Shown here in pieces: positions 41,341-53,925 of a DNA stretch of 64,000 bases. The notes below the pieces were generated by a model that did no database searches, was not told where the DNA came from, and saw only the letters and a list, made by a program, of their open reading frames with translations. How positions within the stretch are numbered: position 1 is the stretch's first letter; each line of letters opens with the position of its first letter. Source of the stretch: Octopus vulgaris (taxonomy: Eukaryota); assembly GCA_951406725.2 (NCBI GenBank), contig OX597818.1, forward strand, positions 37,014,001-37,078,000. The letters run 5' to 3'. A program made the translations under genes and the position numbers.

Positions 41341-41861
41341 CTATAAATCCTCGAATATAATCCGCATTTTTTTCCCAAAATTTAAGGTCAAAATCCCTAG
41401 TGCGTAATATATACGAGGTTAAAAATGAAAAATAGTTTCTAAGCAATGTCTGAGTCTCTATTTACTGTCCAGTAATGTTTATTCAGATGCATTTTGTGAT
41501 GTCGGGCGCGAAAATACATTAAGCTAAGTCTGAAAGCAATGAAGTCATAAAAGTATCATCCATAACTTGCAGTAAGCAACATTTATTAAAATAAAAGTAT
41601 TCAGAACACAGAATAACATATAACAAAAACAATTTGCAAATATCTTTATATCCCCATATAACAGTTAAGAACATCACCATTATTGTATTACGCATGCACA
41701 GAAGTGTTTGTTCGACTAGGTGCTGCTGGCTTAATTACGCACGACTCAAGTTAGAGAAAGGGTGCGTATTATACACAAGGTTTAGGTTTTTCAGAGGTAC
41801 AGCCCCCTAAAAATCCCTTGCGTATTATACTCAAGGGCAGACTATACTCGAGGATTTACGG
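41341..41861. mobile_element. Tc2/pogo-like non-autonomous DNA transposon
   Basis: TIRs CTATAAATCCTCGAATATA and CCGTAAATCCTCGAGTATA (reverse complement), TA flanks, subterminal GTGCGTATTATAC-type repeats. Confidence 0.85.
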
Positions 41862-42162
41862 TATTTATAGTCAACATTGACCAACGTTACACTACAAGCA
41901 ATGAATACGTTTTCTAATTTAATAGAAAGACAATGGAACATAACTTTCATATACATGGATTTTTTCGTCAGAAGTCATCAGATTTATAAAAGATGAAAAG
42001 TCAGATTCCGTGATGTTCATGACTGATTCCATTACATTAGTGATGATCTGACTACAACTTAAATACGAAACTGAGTCACTAAGTTAATTCGCTGAAAATA
42101 TATCTGCCTCGCAAATATATTTTCTTGTGTAAAAGTGATATAAATTTTGCATTAAAACATTA

Positions 42163-42700
42163 CTAGCGGGGCCCATGAATATTTCACGTATTTAATGGTA
42201 TACTTATTGGGTTATTTCTGAAGACTTTTCCAAAAAACCTGAAAGCGTAGCCTGTGTTGTGTCTGTATCAAAAGATAGTCGCTTATCTGCTAATCATTCA
42301 AAAGTGAAGAAAACTGAAATATGATGATTATTTAATGCACTTTGTATATTTTATGCTCAATTTTATAGACTTAACACATAGTACTCTCCCTCTTTGCCTT
42401 ACGAACTTTTTCTCTCTCGCTTTTCTTTCGCTCTTCTCCTTTCACTTTAACTGATCACGTGGAAGCGTTACAAACGGGCTAAGTAACGGAGAGAAAAAAT
42501 TACTTTAAAAGATTACACATTTCACACACCACAACCTCTCCCTCCTCTATCACTCCCTTCCCTCCTCCCATCTTCCCCCACCTCTCCCATCTTCCCCTCA
42601 CGCCTTCCATCTCCCCTCCCTCCTCTCCCACTTCAACTAATCACCTGGATGCGTTACAGACGGTCTAAGTAAGGGAGTGACAAGTACGACTATTATAAGA
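42163..42700 (-). mobile_element. Non-autonomous Helitron
   Basis: Minus strand A|TCTTATAATAG 5' end and GGGCCCCGCTAG|T 3' end; internal duplicated GCGTTACARACGG.CTAAGTAA motif. Confidence 0.7.
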
Positions 42701-42827
42701 TAGTTGACTGCCACAACCTCCATTATAGCTATGTTACTTTGTTTCATTCATCAGGAGGGATTTGAAATGAAAACAAAAATGGATGAAGACTTCCTATATG
42801 TCCAGTCGCTATATCCATTGATCAGGT

Positions 42828-43260
42828 TAAGGCGGCGAGCTGGCAGAAATAATGCTTAGCCGGAAATAAATCTTAGCGTCATTTCGTTCGACTTTACATT
42901 CAGAGTTCCAATGCCGCTGTTGTCGACTTTGCCTTTCGTCCTTTCGGGAACGATAAAATAAATACAAGTTGATCACTAGCGAAGATTTAATCGATTTATT
43001 CCCTCTCTTGAAAGAAATATTTAGAGATTCGGTTAAGGCGGTGAGCTGGCGAAATCGTTACCACGCTGGATAAAATGCTTAATGCTTAACGATATTTCTT
43101 CCGACCTTACGTTCTGAGTCCTAATACCGTTGGGACCGACTCTGCCTTTCATATTTTCGGAGTCGATAAAATATGTATCAGTTGACCAGTGGGGTCGATG
43201 TAATCGACCTACCCGCTTCCCCGTAATTACTGGCTAAATGCCAAAATTTGGAACTAATAT
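42828..43260 (+). mobile_element. Two tandem degraded SINE A copies
   Basis: Two AAGGCGG(C/T)GAGCTGGC heads at about 42830 and 43035, each with core. Confidence 0.8.
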
Positions 43261-43449
43261 TTAGTCATTAGATATAAAGTTCTTCTTCTTTGATTCCTGC
43301 TGAAAACGAGAATGCGGGAGTTTCATATTCTTTTAACTTAAGTTTAAATGGTTTTAAACAAGAACAGAAACTCCATCGGAAATTTAACTAGGTAGGTAAT
43401 CACATCTTAACTAATAGTGGCCATCTACCACCTATAGTGTTAGATATAC

Positions 43450-43764
43450 GTAACGATAAACGTTGCCCTTTTCATGTCTAGCTAGGCTCATGGGCCCGGT
43501 TTCCCGGTTTCTGTGGCGTATGTGTTCCTCCCTGCTGCACGAGACGCCAGTCCATCGCAGCGTTAGTCAAGAAACAGGAAGAGAGAGTGAGAGAAAGTTG
43601 TGGCGAAAGTGTACAACAAGGGTCGCCACCACCCCTGCCGGGGCCCGTGGAGCTTTTAGGTGTTTTCGCTCAATAAACACACACAACGTCCGGTCTGGGA
43701 ATCGAAACCGCGATCCTACGACCGCGAGTCCGCTGCCCTAACCACTGGGCCACTGCGCTTCTAC
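43450..43764 (-). mobile_element. tRNA-derived SINE family D with 15-bp TSD
   Basis: Head TGGCCCAGTGGTTAGGGCAGCGGACTCGCGG...GGTTTCGATTCCC; TSD TAGTGTTAGATATAC at 43435-43449 and 43765-43779. Confidence 0.9.
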
Positions 43765-43804
43765 TAGTGTTAGATATACTTTTTCATAATTAGCGAATAA
43801 GCTA

Positions 43805-44015
43805 AGGCGGCGAGCTAGCGAAATCTTTACCAAGCCGGACAAAATGCTTAGTGGAATTTCTTCCAGCATTACATTTTCAGTTCAGATTCCGCTGAAATCG
43901 ACCTTGCGTTAAACCCTTTCGGGATCGATGTAATAAGAACCAGTCAAGTACTGAATTAGATGTAACTAACCAATCCCTTCCTCGTAAAATGTTTGGCCTT
44001 GTGCCTGTATTAGAG
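43805..44015 (+). mobile_element. SINE A, old-tail subtype, degraded
   Basis: Head, core and GGCCTTGTGCC tail. Confidence 0.75.
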
Positions 44016-44071
44016 AGGCTAATTAAAGAAGAAATTCAAACATTCAGTTCAAATATACAGTCGATGATAGG

Positions 44072-44470
44072 GTGGCGAGCTGGCAGAATCGTTAGCGCGC
44101 CGGGTGAAATGCTTGGCGGTATTTCGTCTGCCGCTACGTTCTGAGTTCAAATTCCGCCGAGGTCGACTTTGCCTTTCATCCTTTCGGGGTCGATAAATTA
44201 AGTACCAGTTACGCACTGGGGTCGATGTAATCGACTTAATCCGTTTGTCTGTCCTTGTTTGTCCCCTCTATGTTTAGCCCTTTGTGGGTAGTAAAGAAAT
44301 AGATATTTCGTCTGCCACTACGTTCTGAGTTCAAATTCCGCTGAGGTTGACTCTGCCTTTCATCCTTTCGGGGTCGATTAAATAAGTACCAGTTACGCAC
44401 TGGCGTCGATATAATCGACTTAACCCCTTTGTCTGTTCTTTTTGTCCCCTCAATGTTTAGCCTCCTAGGG
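44072..44470 (+). mobile_element. SINE A dimer (full monomer plus headless monomer)
   Basis: Junction AAAGAAATAG|ATATTTCGTCTGCC at about 44302. Confidence 0.9.
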
Positions 44471-44624
44471 GTGGGGGACTACATTATCAATCATTAACCA
44501 TAATTAGATGCAGTGTAGCTGAATATTTATGATGTTCGTTTCGCAATCATGTGACCTCGATTTCGATCTCACTGTTGATAACTTGGGCAAACGTATTTTA
44601 TTAAAGCATCGTATTTACCCGTTT

Positions 44625-44998
44625 TCAAAGAAGCTTGAGAAGCGGTTGGATGGAACTTACACTCGCCTCCTTATGAGAGCTCAAGATCTCTCGTGGAAGC
44701 GTCATCCAACCAAAGTACAAATATATGGGAAATTACCACCTGTATCATCTCTTGTGAAAGGTAGAAGAGTCCAGTTTGCTGGACATTGTTGCAGAGCTAA
44801 AAACGAGGTAATTTCTACTCTTCTCCTCTGGAAGTCATCTGCTCGCGATACCAGAGGGCGCACAATCTCCTACTCTGATGTAATCTCCAGGGATACAGGC
44901 ATCCAGCAACAGGACCTCCGTCCTGCTATGATGGACCGTGAAGTCTGGCGTAGCACAGTAAATTCCATTGTCTCGATCATTGGTCGAACAATGATGAG
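44625..44998 (+). mobile_element. 5'-truncated RTE-clade LINE 3' end
   Basis: KKLEKRLDGTYTRLLMRAQDLSWKRHPT...RRVQFAGHCCR...AMMDREVWR, the typical RTE C-terminus, with a short ATGATGA tail. Confidence 0.88.
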
Positions 44999-45629
44999 GA
45001 TTTACCCAAACTTCGTAAGGGAAAATGAAAAGGCTCAGTGGGAGCTATGTGGATGCTCGTCGGATGGAATGTATCAGCATTTCAAAGATCCTTGGCACAC
45101 ATTATGTCTCACTGATCGTCTCTCAAGATTTCAGTTAAGAGTGCATGTGTCTGTGGAATACTTACACGCTAATTCAATGACCATATGTAGTTCAGCCAAT
45201 AAAACAACTTAACAATTTATGGACGGAAATTCTGACCGAGATCTGTATATTTTATTTAACAATATGTTCTCGTTCTAAAGCTTCTGATAGAAATAAGAAG
45301 TTGCTGCTATGTTATATGTCATTTTGTAAGAATAGGAAATTAGACCAATCAAATAGAATTTCATTTTGATTCCAATTTAGCCAGACCAGATGAACGTAAG
45401 AATGTTTGATTATTTTCGCTTGTTTTTTCTTCTTGTTTGTTTTACATTATTTAAAACGGATCGGTTATTTCTTCTCTTTAATATTCATTATAAACAGAAA
45501 GTTAACAAATTCTGGATGGTTTGGAAGAAAGATATTAAAAAAAAATGAAGTTCTTATAATAGTCGATGTATCTGATATATAATATGGTTTGGAGGAAGGA
45601 TATTATTTCATTCATATTATAATAGACAA

Positions 45630-46490
45630 AGACGGCAAGCTGGCAGAAAAGTAGTTAAGATGCCAGGAAAAATGTTTAGCGGTATTTCTTCTGGTTTTAC
45701 GTTCTGAGTTCGAATGCCACCAAGGTTGACTTTGGCTTTCATCTTTTCGGGGTCGATAAAGTAAATACCAATTGAGCACTGGGGTCGATTTAATCAATTC
45801 ATTCCTTTCCACGAATGTATTGGCCTTATGCTGTAATTTGAAACCAATATTATAATAAACAAATAAGAGGTGAGCTGGCAGAATCGTCAGCATACCGAGC
45901 TAAATACTTAGCAACATTTCGTCCGTCTTTACATTCTGAGTTCAAATTGCGCAGAGGTTGGCTTCGCTTTTCATCCTTTCGGGGTCGATAAAATAAGTAT
46001 CAGTTGAGCACTGAGGACATTGTAATTCACAAGCCTTTCCCCCGAAATTGCAGACCTTGTGCCAAAATTGAAAATCTGTATTATAATAGTAAAATAAGGC
46101 GGCAAGCTAGCATGCCTGGCAAACAGCTTAGCAGCATTTTGACCGTCTTTATGTTCTGAGTTCCAGTTTCGCCGAGGTCGACTTTTTCATCCTTTCGGGG
46201 TCGATAAAATAAATTGATCATTAGGGTCGTTGTAATTGATTTGTCCCTTCGCCCGAAATTGCTGGCCTTGTGCCAAAATTTGAAACCGATATAACGATGG
46301 ACAAAGACGGCAGGCTGACAGAATAGTTACCATGCCGGACAAAATGTTTAGCGGCGTTTCTTCTGGTTTTACGTTCTAAGCTCAAATTTTGCTGAGGTTG
46401 ACATTACCTTCCCGTTTTTTTAGGATTGGAAAAATAAGTACCAGTTGAACGCTGGAGTTGATGTTATCGAATTACCCATTCTTCAAAAAT
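45630..46490 (+). mobile_element. Array of four head-to-tail old-tail SINE A copies
   Basis: Heads at about 45632, 45868, 46097 and 46307, each with core; the first three end GCCTT(G/A)TGC...AATTTGAAA-like. Confidence 0.82.
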
Positions 46491-46499
46491 TTCAGACCA

Positions 46500-46626
46500 T
46501 CTTAACAACATGGTCTTGGGTTCAGTTCCATTGCATGACACCTTGGGCAAGCGTCTTCTACTATAGCCTCGGGCCGACCAAACTCTTATGAGCAGATTTG
46601 GTAGATGGAAGCTGAAAGATGATCGT

Positions 46627-46657
<31 letters not shown>

Positions 46658-46785
46658 AATACAATTGGGATAAGAACGCAAAACATCCAAATAGACGATA
46701 CAAAATACACGGACGGGTCATTCGAAGCCTTTAATCTTCAGTCAAGAACCGGATCCTCCTCTTGCTCTCTCTCTCTCTCTCTATT

Positions 46786-46823
<38 letters not shown>

Positions 46824-47050
46824 CGCGCCTTTGTGTCAGTGTTCGTCCCTACCACCGCTTGACAACTGGTGTTGGTGTGTTTATGTCCTCTTAGGTAAGC
46901 AGTTGGCAAAAGGAAGCCGATGCTATAAACATCAGGCTAAAAAAAGAAAGCAATGAATGCTGGGGTCGATTCGATTCCACTAAAATACTTCAAGGCGGTA
47001 CCCACCCAACCCCCCAGCATGGCTGCAGTCACCAAGTGATAGAAAAGATA
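46500..47050 (+). mobile_element. SINE family B with a short insert in its internal (TA)n
   Basis: 5' module at 46500-46630, insert at about 46656-46760 (related to 26690-26825), 3' module at about 46830-47050. Confidence 0.7.
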
Positions 47051-47079
47051 AAAGGCAACTCGGATTTAAAAAAGAAAAT

Positions 47080-47398
47080 AGCACTCCATCGGTTACGACG
47101 AGTTCTGCAGTTGACCCGTCAATGGAACACCCTGCTCGTGAAATTAACTTGCAAGTGATTGAGCACTCCACTGACACGCGTAACCTTAATGTAGTTCTCG
47201 GTGAGATTCAGCGTGACACAGAAAGCGACAAAGCTGGCCTTTTGAATTTCAGGTACTACCCGTTTTTGCCAGGTGAATGGACTGGAGTAACGTGAAATAA
47301 AGTGTCTTGCTCAAGGATACAACCCACCGCAGGGAGTCGAACTCACGGCCTTACAATCGCGAACCGAATACCCTAAGCACTAAGCCATGTACCGTCAC
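47080..47398 (-). mobile_element. tRNA-derived SINE family F
   Basis: Minus strand TGGCTTAGTGCTTAGGG A-box, GAGTTCGACTCC B-box, CCTTGAGCAAGACACTT central motif. Confidence 0.8.
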
Positions 47399-47531
47399 TC
47401 AGTTGGTTATAAACTGGATTCATAAACTATGACGAAGGCATTTTATACGACTTAAGTAGCTACTGATCTCGAAACAGCAACAATTTAAATGATATGCTAT
47501 TCCTTAGAACACAATATTGTTATCCTATTTA

Positions 47532-47770
47532 GGATGGCGAGCTGGCAGAATCGTTAGCACGCCGGGCGAAATGCTTAGCGGTAATTCGTCTGCCGTTACG
47601 TTCTGAGTTCAAATTCCACTGAGGTCGATTTTGCCTTTCATCATTTCGGGGTCGATTAAATAAGTACTAGTTACGCACTAGGGTCGATGTAATCGATTTA
47701 ATTCCTTTGTCTGTCCTTGTTTGCCCCTTCTACGTTTAGCCCCCTGTGGGCAATAAAGAAATAAATATAT
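47532..47770 (+). mobile_element. SINE family A with 12-bp TSD
   Basis: TTATCCTATTTA at 47520-47531 and 47771-47782. Confidence 0.92.
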
Positions 47771-47924
47771 TTATCCTATTTAAAATAGTACTTGAGATAA
47801 CTGAATATGTTTCGACTCACCAGGGTCGGTCGGGAACAACTCATCGTAAATGGGTAGGATATCTATCTGTGCTAGATTTCTGTGAATGATTATTTTAATG
47901 TAGATTAAGAACCCTGGTGTCTTG

Positions 47925-48210
47925 ACTTTTTTACTTTCAGTCATTGGACTACGGCCATGCTAGGTCACCGCCTGGAAAAACAGAGTTTTAGTCCAATAAA
48001 TTGACCCCCAGCACTTATCTTTTAACTCTTGTACTTATTCTATCGGTCTCTTTTGCCGAACTGCTATTTTATGGGGATGTAAATAAACCAAGGCTGGTTG
48101 TCAAGCGGCATGGGGAACAAACACAAACACAACGGTACAAGCTATTGGTCGGCCCCGTGCTAAAGTAGAAGACACTTGCCCTGACTGATGTGCAGTAGGA
48201 CTGAACCCAG
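47925..48210 (-). mobile_element. SINE family B, degraded
   Basis: Homology to the 3' module and part of the 5' module. Confidence 0.75.
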
Positions 48211-48838
48211 CCGTAGATAAGCTAAATATTATATCTGGGTTCCAGAAATTCTTCGCCAAAAATGTTATTATCTTTTCTCTTGATGCGAGAGTAGGTTTTT
48301 TCCGATAACATTAACAACGTAAATAAAGTGAAATAGCCCCATCAAACGATCATCGAAATTGATAAAATGCAATGCACAGCTCTCCAAGGGCTTAGTTTTT
48401 GCTTATGATGTTCCCTATATAGAACCCTAAAAAGTATTGCAGTTAATTATACACGCACATACGCTTTCATACACATATATTTGTATGTATGCAGAGAGAG
48501 AAGAAAGAGAGATATCTGCTTGTAGATAGACTCGTGAATGACATATACTACGTCACAGTGACGTTTCATGAATACGTCATAGTGACGTAGCATAGATACG
48601 TAAACTACTCACTGATGTGCTGTCAGTTTTTATGTTGCCATATTTTCATATGTGATAAAATAGACCAGAATATAAGCGATTAGATTACATCTAGTAATGT
48701 ACGTCTTGAGTTCAAATCCCTTGAAAGCATTTAGTTATACCTTGATCAGTATAATTAATTCTACGCTACGAGGTTTAACGCTGGGTAAGGAATTTCAGAA
48801 CCATAGTATCTGGGAATTAAAACGTGATGCGGATACAC

Positions 48839-48873
<35 letters not shown>

Positions 48874-48882
48874 CAAACACAC

Positions 48883-48948
<66 letters not shown>

Positions 48949-48999
48949 TAGATTAAGTAAGACTATAGAGGATAATAAGTGCTTTTACTATATATATAA

Positions 49000-49040
49000 G
49001 CAAGCTCTCTGACGTTCCAAAGACTCGGTCTGTGAGCCAA

Positions 49041-49086
<46 letters not shown>

Positions 49087-49309
49087 GGCGAGCTGGCAGA
49101 ACTGTTACCATGCCGGGCGAAATGCGTAGCCGTATTTCGCCTGCCGTTACGTTCTGAGTTCAAATTCTGCCGAGGTCGACTTTGCCCATCATCCTTTCGG
49201 GGTCGATAAATTAAGTACCAGTTACGCACTGGGGTCGATGTAATCGACTTAATCCGTTTGTCTGTCCTTGTTTGTCCTCTCTATGTTTAGCCCCTTGTGG
49301 ATAGTAAAG

Positions 49310-49346
<37 letters not shown>

Positions 49347-49399
49347 TATTGAACACGTATTGAAAAATATATATACGCATGCATACGTATACATATGTA

Positions 49400-49447
<48 letters not shown>

Positions 49448-49597
49448 TACATATATATAAAGATAGATAGATACATATGTATACGTATGCATGCGTATAT
49501 ATATTTTTCAATACGTGTTCAATACACACATACACACACACTTGTATATATATATGAGGTGGCTCATAGACCTAGTCTTTGGAACGTCAGCTTGCTT
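49000..49597. repeat. Fold-back with outer and inner inverted arms; SINE A inserted in the left arm
   Basis: Outer arms about 49000-49050 and 49549-49597; inner arms about 49346-49404 and 49467-49524. Confidence 0.85.
49087..49312 (+). mobile_element. SINE family A within (TA)n
   Basis: Full head, core and tail. Confidence 0.92.
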
Positions 49598-49842
49598 TGC
49601 TGTAATCTTTTCGGATCTGAGTTCAAATCCCGCAATGGTCTATTTGGTATTTCATCCCTTTGAAGTCAATAAATAAGGTATCAGTCCCGAGATGTCCCAG
49701 ATCAATTAGTCAATCTATGTATTTCTTCTGGAAGAAATCGAATGTGGTCAAACCAGAGCGATTGGCTCCGCTAGGTCTAAAAATACCCAAAACACTCTGT
49801 ATGCTGCGACGGCGCCCATTACCATCACCTACGAGTTTGAAA

Positions 49843-49913
<71 letters not shown>

Positions 49914-50317
49914 TGTGTGTCACAATGGCTATACTTGTGACTGTGAGTTGCTTATACTTCAGTGTCAATAGCATATATGAATGATCTGCATTGTGAGCGT
50001 TTGTGTCAAAATCAATGTATCTTGGTCAGCTATCCTTCAGCGAGTATACATGTATTATACATAACTCCTCGACGAGAAACCGCCGTTCCATAATGCTTAA
50101 TTCTTGCCAAACTTAAACTACAAGCTTACTTCGTTTCCCGTACGGAACTATTTCATTTGCTCTTCGAATGACATCCAGAAGACAACTCTACTTCACGTAT
50201 CCGTGGAGATTATCATTCGTTGATACCACTGATCATGAAAGTTCATGCATTTGGGTTTTTAATTTCTTGCATCATATTATATTATATTATATTATATTAT
50301 ATTATATTATATTATAA

Positions 50318-51033
50318 CGAGCAAAACGCCCCCCATCCGCTGGACGGTGCTGAGTTGTCAAACATTTAAACCAAATTTTCTCAAAACAACTTCTCCGACC
50401 GTTCCATAGGCTTCCCCTTTGTGAAACACTGATTTAACCTAAATTTGAGACACCAGCAAAAGAAGAAATAAAGATAAACTTTTTTTCTATTCCAAAGAAA
50501 ACGATTTTATTCACACAAATATGCAACCGAAGAGTTTAAGAAACGGTTTAAACAGTTCTTTTCATTAAAAAATAATTAAGCATGCCTTTATTTCAATAGA
50601 ATTTTTGGTTTTGTTAAACGAAGTTAAAGCAAAAAAAACTTCTTGAGAAACCAAATAGTCTTCCTTCCTTCATGCCAAGTTTGAAGAAAATATCTCTTTT
50701 GCATCTTACTTTTTTGGTCTCTTAAATATACTGCATTTTGTGGCATTATTTCAAGCCAGCCTGCTTTTTTTGCGCAAACTGCACGTGCATTTTTCTCTCG
50801 TACGCGTAGTATCGATCGCAACAGATGATGTACTTGCGCGTACAAATGCACGTTCCCACGGCTTTATCAATCGCATTCACACCTGGAATCGATTTTTGTA
50901 ATTTTTTCAAGACTTATACACGCCCTGATACCGTCAGTATCTACAAATCAAATTTGAGCGAAATCGGATGGAGGATGCCCGAAATCCTAGAAGACACACA
51001 CAGAGACAGACAGAACGGATTTTATATAATAGA
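50318..51033 (-). mobile_element. Non-autonomous Helitron-like element
   Basis: Minus strand A|TCTATTATATAAAATCCGTTCTGTCTGTC 5' end; CCGTCC-AGC-GGATGG hairpin then CTCG|T (CTAG variant). Confidence 0.75.
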
Positions 51034-51105
51034 TATATCATATTATATAATATTATAATATATCATATTATATTAAGTCATATGTTACCATATCATATTA
51101 TATTA

Positions 51106-51259
51106 CCGTATATGCAGGTGTATAAGACGCGCCTTTTTTATTTTAAAATGTAACAATATAATTTCCATGCGCCTAACGCGACTGCAAAATAAATTTTCTC
51201 CACAAAAATGTAGGAGTGCGTCTTATATGAGACTGTGTCTTGTACAACGGCAAATACAG
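51106..51259. mobile_element. Short Tc2-like MITE
   Basis: TIRs CCGTATATGCAGGTGTATAAGAC and CTGTATTTGCCGTTGTACAAGAC (reverse complement), TA flanks. Confidence 0.75.
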
Positions 51260-53139
51260 TATATATTATATTATATTCTTTATTATTGTAATGCTTAGCG
51301 GCATTTCGTCCGTTTTTACGCACTGTAGTTCGAATTCCACCGATGTCGAATTTGTCTTTCGTCTTTTTGGAGTCGATGAAATAAGAACCAGTTTCGTGCT
51401 GGAATCGATGTAATTGACTCAATCTTCTCCCATAATTTCAGGCCTTGTGATTCGAGTAGAAAAGTAGAAAGGATTCGAGTAGAATGACGGCTGCTTTTGG
51501 TAGGACCCTCGGGTACCTGAAGATTCCCCACCACCACCACCACGACTCTCCCAGGAATAATGGGTAGAATATACGGGTGGACGGATATGTGATTAATTAT
51601 TGCTAAGGAAGATTGACCAACTGACATTGTGATTATCTGCTGCCCCTTCGTGCGTAGGATAGATGAATATCCTATTTGTATATATTTTCACCTGCAAATA
51701 TTTGAACAATATCTCGCAAATGTATTACTTTTGTTATCAATTAGGTCACGGTGACCTTCAACGGTTACACTTATGTCATTATAACCTACTTTAAAATATT
51801 TGAGAGGATTCGATTGAAAACTTAGTTTATTCGTCTGTGTCTATTAATATCATTAACCTACTTTTGACAATCAGCTTTGATTTATGAAAATCCTGACTAT
51901 TTGATATAGGCTATACTTTTTTTAATATTTTTTTGAAATTCTATTTCGCTTATTTTGATTTTGTTTCGTTTTTTCTTTGCTTTTTTTCCAGATTTCATAA
52001 CCGTTTGTCGTTGAATGATGTCAGCATGATTTCGTCGATAAAGCATAATCTATAAACACTGAGAAGACATAGAGAAAACAAACATTTAAGAGGCTCAATC
52101 AATCCCAATTGACAACTCGGATTTCATTTATTCAACCATCGGATATATGCTGGTGAGGTTTGTTGTAGTTGTTGAAGTTATTGTTATTGTTGTTTTTGCT
52201 ACCATTACTATTACTATTCTTGTCCTTGTTGTTGCAAACAGTTATATTCTTAAGCTAATACTTTCCATATCACTAGGAATCATAGGGTCATTTTCAACAG
52301 CGATATCAGTATAGCGTTAAGCGGATTAAAGCCAAATCCCCTCCTTGCGGGTTAGGATTCCAGTCTGTCGCTGGTGAATTTCTTTTTCTTTTATTTATTT
52401 TGTCCTTCTTGTGAAATGAATTGAACTCAATACTGTGTGGTCATAAAATATTCACTTCCACGGTGTCACCTCAGGTTACAGCTATGAATGATATCCACCT
52501 AAAATATCTACTTAAAGTTAAGTGGACTTTGTCGTTCACAGCTAAGCGTCTTGACCAGCGCCTGTAACAAGCCACGAACCGTTCAGCCTTGGGCTATATT
52601 TCCAGCTACTTATCAACTCAACAATCTCTGGCTCTCAGCCACAGACTTATAGAATGTGAGTGAATGTTTATATGTATATGTGTGTGTGTTAATATTTTTA
52701 TACGTACTTTGTGCGTGCCTATGCGTTATAAAGGAGATAGGAAAATTTCTAGCGAATTGAATTTGCGAACCAGGTTCGAATCCCTGTTGCATTCATTCCT
52801 TGAAAAATGCTGAAACCTTACAATCACTGTTCGCTATCCCCAAAATCTGTAGAAGTAATCACCTGCTGGTACATACCTCTAATCCAGATATGTCATGAAT
52901 TGATTTATGATATAACTGTGTGCGCACTTGTGTAGTTATATATATATATATATGTATACATATATACATGTATATATACATGAGTATACATATTTATATA
53001 AGCGCTTACACACAAAAGTGAGTGTGCGTGTGTATGAATGTATGTACTTGTGTGTGAATGTGTGTGTGTGCGCGCGTGTGTGTGTCTGTGTGTGTATTTA
53101 TATCAGAAGTTGAGAGTTTACACGTATATACATATATAC

Positions 53140-53283
53140 GACGGGCTTCTTTTAGTTTCCGTCTACCAAATTCACTCAAAAGGCTTTGGTCGACCCGAGG
53201 CTATAGTAGAAGACACCTGCCCAAGGTGGGACTGAACCCGGAACCATGTGGTTGGTAAGCAAGCAACTTATCACACAGCCACT
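53140..53283 (-). mobile_element. SINE family B, 5' module
   Basis: Homology to the family B head. Confidence 0.82.
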
Positions 53284-53561
53284 ATACGACTTAATATATA
53301 ATTCTTTAATATATTTTACTACTTTTACATTGCGACGTATACATATATAGTAATGTATATGCGCATGCGCGTGGGGATGGGGCTTTCCTGTATGAATGCG
53401 AATCATGCAATACTTACGTAACATATGAATTCATTTTAATAAAAACGCTTGATTATAATGAGAAACAACTATCAAGAGGGTACGTATATACTACACGTAC
53501 CTTGCTTCAATTATATGGCTTTGATTTTAAAACTGAATGCTCTAGTGTTATATAAATGTGT

Positions 53562-53619
<58 letters not shown>

Positions 53620-53682
53620 AGTTGCCATGATAGATCCGTAGCCACTTCACACATTTTTTCCTCTCCTTGTTTCTTTGTGTTC

Positions 53683-53718
53683 CTTTCTGTAGAAGAGCGT
53701 AGCCTCGAAACGTAAAAG
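53683..53718 (+). ncRNA. Minimal hammerhead-like motif in a ~190-bp insert between (TA)n tracts
   Basis: CTTT-CTGTAGA-A-GAG/CGTAGC/CTC-GAAA-CG-TA-AAAG; stem I CTTT/AAAG; one core substitution (A6). Confidence 0.55.
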
Positions 53719-53806
53719 ACTTTTTCGATTCCCGAGCGTTATACTAATACATCTGTTTGTTTTGTACACCACCTGCCTTCGTCTTGTGTTTTTTCTTGAA
53801 ATCTCT

Positions 53807-53925
<119 letters not shown>

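Noticed and set aside
44529-45212. 227-aa ORF as a host gene
   Set aside because: Its middle is an RTE LINE C-terminus and the flanks are chance read-through.
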